Origin: Candidatus Hydrothermarchaeota archaeon
GTDB lineage: Archaea; CAYFZR01
Reading direction: 5' to 3'
Assembly (NCBI GenBank): GCA_046760505.1
Contig: JBHIEG010000012.1
Location: forward strand, 1 to 62,910
Length of the DNA: 62,910 nt
Shown here: positions 57,596 through 62,910 of the stretch, one piece after another
How positions within the stretch are numbered: the stretch's first letter is position 1
Layout: each line of letters opens with the position of its first letter
The notes under the pieces: generated by a model
The model's input: only the letters and a program-made list of their open reading frames with translations
The model's database searches: none
Told to the model about the DNA's origin: nothing
Translations under genes and position numbers: made by a program

Positions 57596-58809
57596 GGATT
57601 TTTATAGTGCACAAACATCCTAGATAATGGTCTCGCCAAATGCCTTCTTGCGGAAGGGCAAACCTCATAATACCCTTTCTCGATTTTTCTTGGTAACTTT
57701 ATTATCGCTCGTTCATCCTCTGCTTTTTTCTTCTTGCATACTTTACATTGAAAACCTTTTCCTCTACCCTCAGACTTCATTCTTTTACCGCAGCAAATTG
57801 GGTTTTTCCTTTCCAAAATTTCTACTAGATCTATAATTTCGATTTTCTCAAGGTTTATTGTTCCTTTTTTTACTCCACCGAAGACTCTTACCTTATCTCC
57901 CTCTTTCAGATGTCTTATTTTTTTCCTAAAGTCTCCAGTAGGTTCAAAAGCGCTGCATAATATTCCATCGACCTCAAAAAAGGTGTGACCTTTCTTTATC
58001 ACCCAGGGATCTTTGGTAACAAAGCCTGTAAGCTCGACAGAATCATATTCATTTATATTATGGTTTTTTGCTTTCCTTATATGGGCATCAGTTGCTTGAT
58101 TCGTTAGGAAAACCTCATAAAAATCGTAGTCTTCACATTTAATGGTCTCAAGGCTCTTTCTCAAACTCCATAGATCTTCTCCTCTAATTCCGAATAGAAC
58201 CGGATCAGGTCCATTCGGAGCGATTACTATCTTATCGCTCTCATAATCATAGTTATCAAATGTAAAATGATTCAGCCGCTTTACGCTTTCTCTGTCGATA
58301 TATCTTCTTGAATTCCAATTCTCCGCCTTTCTATAGGCGAGCAACTCATAGGTGTAATCATATAAGGGAAAAGCAATTGAAGCTAAGGCGCCTATAATGC
58401 CTCTTTTATTTTTGTATCCAAACGATTCGCATTTACTATTTTTTATAATCTTCAATGCTTCTTTTAGCGAAATAACCTCGTGTAACGCCCTAACAGAAAA
58501 TCTTACCATATTTTCTTGAATCTTATTGCAAAATACGATGCCGGGATTGGTGTTTGGATCATCAAAATCAGAGAATTCTTCCAATGTTTTGATAGAAATC
58601 TCTATTATCTCATCGTTCATGTCTCCTTTTATTTCCAAAGACACCGCTCCATTTCCCCTTGTTTTAAATGGTATATTTGGATTCAATCTTATTAATCTCG
58701 GAATAGAGACTTCGTATCCTTCTTTTTTCAATCTACTCTTTAATATCGAGCAGAGATACGTTGTACAGAATCTTGAGAGCGAGTCGGTATCGTCTATACC
58801 TATGAACAT
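57571..58809 (-). CDS. tiaS: tRNA(Ile2) 2-agmatinylcytidine synthetase
   Basis: IGIDDTDS...CTTY, LIRLNP..P.KTRGN, RG.IGA.A, TNQ.TD.H, Zn ribbon and ARRHL.RP motifs. Confidence 0.96.
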   Translation of the reverse strand: MFIGIDDTDSLSRFCTTYLCSILKSRLKKEGYEVSIPRLIRLNPNIPFKTRGNGAVSLEIKGDMNDEIIEISIKTLEEFSDFDDPNTNPGIVFCNKIQENMVRFSVRALHEVISLKEALKIIKNSKCESFGYKNKRGIIGALASIAFPLYDYTYELLAYRKAENWNSRRYIDRESVKRLNHFTFDNYDYESDKIVIAPNGPDPVLFGIRGEDLWSLRKSLETIKCEDYDFYEVFLTNQATDAHIRKAKNHNINEYDSVELTGFVTKDPWVIKKGHTFFEVDGILCSAFEPTGDFRKKIRHLKEGDKVRVFGGVKKGTINLEKIEIIDLVEILERKNPICCGKRMKSEGRGKGFQCKVCKKKKAEDERAIIKLPRKIEKGYYEVCPSARRHLARPLSRMFVHYKNPWQREGYH

Positions 58810-59119
58810 CTTTTCACCCTGTACACCTTGATGAGATTCTTGTTTAATGTTTAGAATAGATGCTCACGCTTTCTCAAGGTAAAAATATATGTTGATACTT
58901 AAATCTTCCATCTGCATTCGAGACGATTTCACGAAAAGGTTAATAACTTTACAAGCTTTAAGGTTCGTAGGTAACTCGAGGAGCTCTGTTTGCAGAATGG
59001 CATAAGAGAGGAGAAGCGATCGAGGTACTACATAAGGAGGAAGTCCCTACTTCTGCTCTTGAAAAATATGCTGGTAAGGATTCTGCGCTGGGTGGACTCT
59101 AAGCATCATACGATGACTA

Positions 59120-60022
59120 TCAATGCTCTCCTACGTAACCTTCAAGATAGTGGGCGTATTCTGATCTTATGAAATCTCTGTGGGACATCGGAGGAATTTT
59201 AACAAATTCTTCCATCGGTATCATGTTCTTCTCTTTCCATTCGCCTGTTAGCACCTTAACATACGCCTCCTCTAAGTTTCTCGATTCATCATTGATCCGG
59301 ATAATGTTATAACTGTTATACCTGAATCCTCTCAAGGTGTTCATGGTTGGAGATCCGCATGTTAAAACGGTTGCGCAATGCATTTCATTGATTCCAGAAG
59401 AATGCCTGCAAGCCCAAGGATGATGTTGATGTCCAGTTAAAACTAAATCTATAGAGCAATCGGAAATCATTCTTATTATATCACCCACATCTTTTATTAT
59501 ATTATTTTCCAAGCCTCCAATGGGGATTGGTAGCAGGTGATGATGCATTACCAAAATCTTGTATTTTTCATTTCCATATTTTTTAAATAAGCTCTCTGTC
59601 ACTATATGCTGACCGTGTCCGATTACTCCCCCTGACTCATCTCTCCTTGCTGTGCAAATGCCGATTAACATGTAGTTGTCGCTAATGAACAGAGGTTTTT
59701 TAAATTTTTTCCCTCGAACATGTATACCATCTATGTCCAGTGCTGTTTGAAGATCATAAAAGTAAGAGGAAAAGGGTACATTTCCTCCATAATAAAAATC
59801 GTGGTTTCCGGGAACCAAGATGGTTTCTATGTTTATTTTGCCCAGCACTTCTGAGGCTTTCTCATAGTTTTTCTCAATTCCTGTCTCCACAATGTCTCCT
59901 GCAATGACTAACAGATCAGCATCGGATTTTTCAATCTCATTGAGAAAGCACTTGAGTCTGTATTCTTTCTCTTCATTCATGTTATAGCTTATGTCTAAAT
60001 CTCCGGTGTGAATTATTTTCAT
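59120..60022 (-). CDS. Metallophosphoesterase (CpdA/Icc-like)
   Basis: HTGDLD, AGD, PGNHD, MHHH and GHQH motifs. Confidence 0.85.
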   Translation of the reverse strand: MKIIHTGDLDISYNMNEEKEYRLKCFLNEIEKSDADLLVIAGDIVETGIEKNYEKASEVLGKINIETILVPGNHDFYYGGNVPFSSYFYDLQTALDIDGIHVRGKKFKKPLFISDNYMLIGICTARRDESGGVIGHGQHIVTESLFKKYGNEKYKILVMHHHLLPIPIGGLENNIIKDVGDIIRMISDCSIDLVLTGHQHHPWACRHSSGINEMHCATVLTCGSPTMNTLRGFRYNSYNIIRINDESRNLEEAYVKVLTGEWKEKNMIPMEEFVKIPPMSHRDFIRSEYAHYLEGYVGEH

Positions 60023-60192
60023 GATAAATCATATCCATTTTGACGTGAAACTCATGTTGTGTACACTCTTTGTACTTATATCATTCGGTTGTGATATCTC
60101 AGAGAGAAATAGATGAAAATTACGGTTTTCAAATTCTTTAGAGCCTGCTCTCTCGTCCGGCTTCGTGCCAAATGAATACTTAGCTTTATAAC

Positions 60193-60591
60193 CTAATTTA
60201 TTTCGTAGATTTTTTCTATTTCATTCAATATCTTCTCTGCAGTAGCATCTTTGCCTAAGACTTTGTAAGTCTTATCTGACTCCAAGATCAAAGCGGGTAC
60301 ATCTTTTATTCCGTATTTTCTCTTGAAATACTTGTACTCCAAGGATTTATACCATCTATAATATTTGTTATCTCGAAGATACCATTTATGACTTGCCTCG
60401 CCCGGAATTTTAAGTTCAACGACTTTTCCTCCTCTCTTAGCCCTTTCTAAAGCCAATTTTGCTTCTCGTTCCAATTTTCTGCTATCTTTTGACTGTTCAA
60501 CGGTGAATGTATCTAGAAATGTATCTGCATCTATATACTTGTCAAATACATTGAACACAACTACAGGTTTCTTGAATAAGATTAGTTTCAT
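60193..60591 (-). CDS. Hypothetical protein, possibly thioredoxin-like fold without CxxC
   Basis: KYGIKDVPALIL resembles the cis-Pro loop of thioredoxin folds; AGGA SD. Confidence 0.55.
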   Translation of the reverse strand: MKLILFKKPVVVFNVFDKYIDADTFLDTFTVEQSKDSRKLEREAKLALERAKRGGKVVELKIPGEASHKWYLRDNKYYRWYKSLEYKYFKRKYGIKDVPALILESDKTYKVLGKDATAEKILNEIEKIYEIN

Positions 60592-60734
60592 ACTTATCCT
60601 TTTTAAAGATCTCTTCAGAATATTTAGATAGTTCTACGATATTTGTATTTTGCGCTTTTAGAATGGAAAACTACCTATATTTTTTTAAAATTAGGCGTAA
60701 GATTTTTAAGATTATATATATTCCCTGAAATGAT

Positions 60735-61433
60735 ATGAACGAGTCATTAAAGTTCGGTGTCCTCATCTTGTTTATCGGATTGACGTTCATTCTGGGTTGC
60801 ATATCTACTGAAGTTCCCAAAGCAAATCTTTTGATAAATGCTGAGCCAGTTAAAAGTAAAGTACAGGCTGGCTCGCCGGTGGAGGTGAAACTTTCGATTA
60901 AAAACAACGGCTCTTATCCTATAAATGATGTTTTCATTTATATCAACAAATTGGACATAGTAAAAGAAGTTGGAAATCTAAATGCTGGAGAAGAGATTTC
61001 TCTAAGCGTTATTGGAGATTCTCCAAAAGAAAAAGGCAATTTCTACATCAACGTAACAGGATCATTCAAAGACAAATACGGTAAAAGATATTCCCATGCA
61101 AAGTTCAAGATAGAGACTTGGCTTCCTGCCTTAAATGTGACAAGAAGAATTTTAAAACTCTCGGAGGGAGATTTTCTGATAAACATTTCGGTTAAGAACT
61201 TGGAGAATGTGAGTGTAAAGGAACTCTTTTTGAATATTGAAACACCTAGAGGTACAGTATATCCAGATGTTGCTAAGATTTTGAGGCTGGATCCAAGAGA
61301 TACATGCGGATGCGAGGGTAGAACTGATATTAAACAAGTTAAATTTCATGTTAGCAAAGCAGATAAAATTGAGATCGTCGTATCAAATATGTACGGAGCA
61401 CCAATATATCGTGAAACAGTAAATTTAACTTAA
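60735..61433 (+). CDS. Putative lipoprotein with Ig-like (CARDB-like) domains
   Basis: Signal peptide with ILGC lipobox; V.LSIKNNG...VG.L.AGEE beta-sandwich pattern. Confidence 0.7.
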   Translation: MNESLKFGVLILFIGLTFILGCISTEVPKANLLINAEPVKSKVQAGSPVEVKLSIKNNGSYPINDVFIYINKLDIVKEVGNLNAGEEISLSVIGDSPKEKGNFYINVTGSFKDKYGKRYSHAKFKIETWLPALNVTRRILKLSEGDFLINISVKNLENVSVKELFLNIETPRGTVYPDVAKILRLDPRDTCGCEGRTDIKQVKFHVSKADKIEIVVSNMYGAPIYRETVNLT

Positions 61434-62910
61434 AATTCGAGAAATAGTCAATGCAGCCACGATGTATATAGTGCCTGCAAAAAAAAGTACGGTAGAAAAA
61501 CCAAATGACATTGCAAGCATTATAGAAAGAACAGATCCTAATACGGATGCACAAGCATTTGCACTCCATGCCCAAGGAATTAAGGGCTGCTCTATTTCTT
61601 TTAGCAGGCTAATACCTCTTGGGAAAGGTATTCCCATCAACACCCCTGGAATCATTAAAACAGATATGGAAGAAAGAAAGCGAACGAGAATCCTTTTTCC
61701 GAGCAGATGGTAAAAGAAATCTGACAAAAACAGCGTATAGAGAAAGACAACAATGCTTATACTGAATATAACAGGTACCAGATATCTCATTTCAATTCTA
61801 TCTGAGAAATAACTTCCTATTCCAGAAAATAAGAGAAGTGAAAAAACAACAACAGAAAAAGCATATATGGGATGTCCTAGAAATAATATAAACCTCTGTA
61901 TCAAGGCAATCTCAATTAACATGTATCCCAGACCCAAAGAAATAAAGTAGGCAAGTATTCTCCACTTTTTGAAATTACTTTTTTTCGTTGTATTTAATTT
62001 ATTTGATTTATTTTCAGTTCTTTTTAGTTTATACAAAGGGAGAAGTATGAAAAAAATTGAGAGTATCAGGGCTTGGAAGAATACAACTGGAATAAGATAG
62101 CCACCCTCTATGAAAGGTTGCCACTTCTCTCCCATGCTCTTGTAGAGGGGTACTATCTTTTTCCACCTAAAAAAATGGAAAAAGTATGGTTTATCGTCGT
62201 TTACTGGAGATACATCAAAGAGATATTCCTCGTAGAAACTTGAGCCCTCTGATAGAATTCTTCGAACAGCCTCATAGTATATAGGCTCACTGAATTTGTT
62301 GTAGATGTTCACCTCCGAAATCTCGACTCCTGGATAATAAACAATATCAAATCTTCTTTTTTTACAAAATTCTTTTATTTCTCTGATTTCTTCTTTGTTA
62401 AACTCGCTTTTGCTCATCAGAAAAGTAAATGTGCCCCAGCTCCTTATGATGGCTATGTGGTTCTCAGGTTCTGATACCCCTTGGTTATTTAAGGCTGAAA
62501 TAGCTAGAGACAAAAGACGTATGTCCTCTCTTGGTGGCGGAAGTAGCCATCTGGTAATACTAAGTAACCCATCTTCAGATAAATGAGTGTAGTAATCTTC
62601 AAACGCCTCAGTGGTGAATATGTAATTTTCAGATAAACTATAAACACCCGTAGACGATGCGCCGAAGCTATCGGTCAGAGGTATTTCGATTAAATCATAT
62701 GACTCTTTGCTCCTTCTCACATAACTCCTTCCCTCTTCGACGTATACGTTTACCCTTTCATCATTGTACAACTCCCCTGTGAATTCATCGTATCTATTTT
62801 TTAAAATATCAACAACGATTGGATTTATCTCTACAGCATCTATATGGCTAAAATTGTAGTATATAGCCGTAAGAACGCTTAATCCTCCAGTAGGATTTAT
62901 AATGAGTACT
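61425..62910 (-). CDS. Spermidine-synthase-like SAM-binding domain fused to a multi-TM domain (5' end beyond the window)
   Basis: Frame stays open to the window edge (VLIINPTGGL...AVEINP); EGRSY, ENY.FT.EAF, P..DD.P.FF and YF..LG.G.M..E...WAW..N..ASV.G motifs. Confidence 0.85.
   Translation of the reverse strand, partial: VLIINPTGGLSVLTAIYYNFSHIDAVEINPIVVDILKNRYDEFTGELYNDERVNVYVEEGRSYVRRSKESYDLIEIPLTDSFGASSTGVYSLSENYIFTTEAFEDYYTHLSEDGLLSITRWLLPPPREDIRLLSLAISALNNQGVSEPENHIAIIRSWGTFTFLMSKSEFNKEEIREIKEFCKKRRFDIVYYPGVEISEVNIYNKFSEPIYYEAVRRILSEGSSFYEEYLFDVSPVNDDKPYFFHFFRWKKIVPLYKSMGEKWQPFIEGGYLIPVVFFQALILSIFFILLPLYKLKRTENKSNKLNTTKKSNFKKWRILAYFISLGLGYMLIEIALIQRFILFLGHPIYAFSVVVFSLLLFSGIGSYFSDRIEMRYLVPVIFSISIVVFLYTLFLSDFFYHLLGKRILVRFLSSISVLMIPGVLMGIPFPRGISLLKEIEQPLIPWAWSANACASVLGSVLSIMLAMSFGFSTVLFFAGTIYIVAALTISRILS

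Noticed and set aside
58990-59172. 60-aa ORF and alternative-frame fragment between tiaS and the phosphoesterase
   Set aside because: It overlaps the convergent gene and has no motif, and the alternative frame lacks a start; I could not support a gene or an ncRNA here.
1-62910. CRISPR arrays, tRNA/rRNA genes, transposases, integrases and defence systems
   Set aside because: Manual reading found no regularly spaced repeats, GC-rich structural RNA blocks or mobile-element/defence motifs; very short RNAs could have been missed.

Overview
This is a gene-dense, AT-rich archaeal (euryarchaeal-type) chromosomal window. I saw no rRNA, tRNA, CRISPR array or transposase. Core genes include ef1b, rnz, trm11/trmG10, prs, lonB, tldD/tldE, dapF, gap, pgk, xpd, DGGGP synthase, valS, tiaS, dinB, ogg and mrp. 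There is also a Liv-type ABC transporter, an F420:NADP oxidoreductase, and methanofuran genes mfnD-mfnF-mfnE tightly linked to an atypical AsnB and two PIG-L deacetylases. The most striking candidate new system is at 39.65-41.09 kb. A ribbon-helix-helix domain is fused to an ArcS/DUF5591-type domain retaining the CxxxKPY motif. This gene is translationally coupled to a YhhQ 7-deazaguanine (preQ0/preQ1) transporter and preceded by TACATGTA palindromes phased at 11 bp across the promoter. It may be a protein-based autoregulatory sensor for archaeosine-precursor salvage. Other notable items: a 946-aa HhH-coiled-coil protein with an exact 47-bp internal repeat, an orphan with a histone-helix-2-like segment, a PIP-box MBL hydrolase, a structured repeat-containing intergenic region, and several unannotated microproteins. 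All family assignments come from motif recognition by eye, not database searches.
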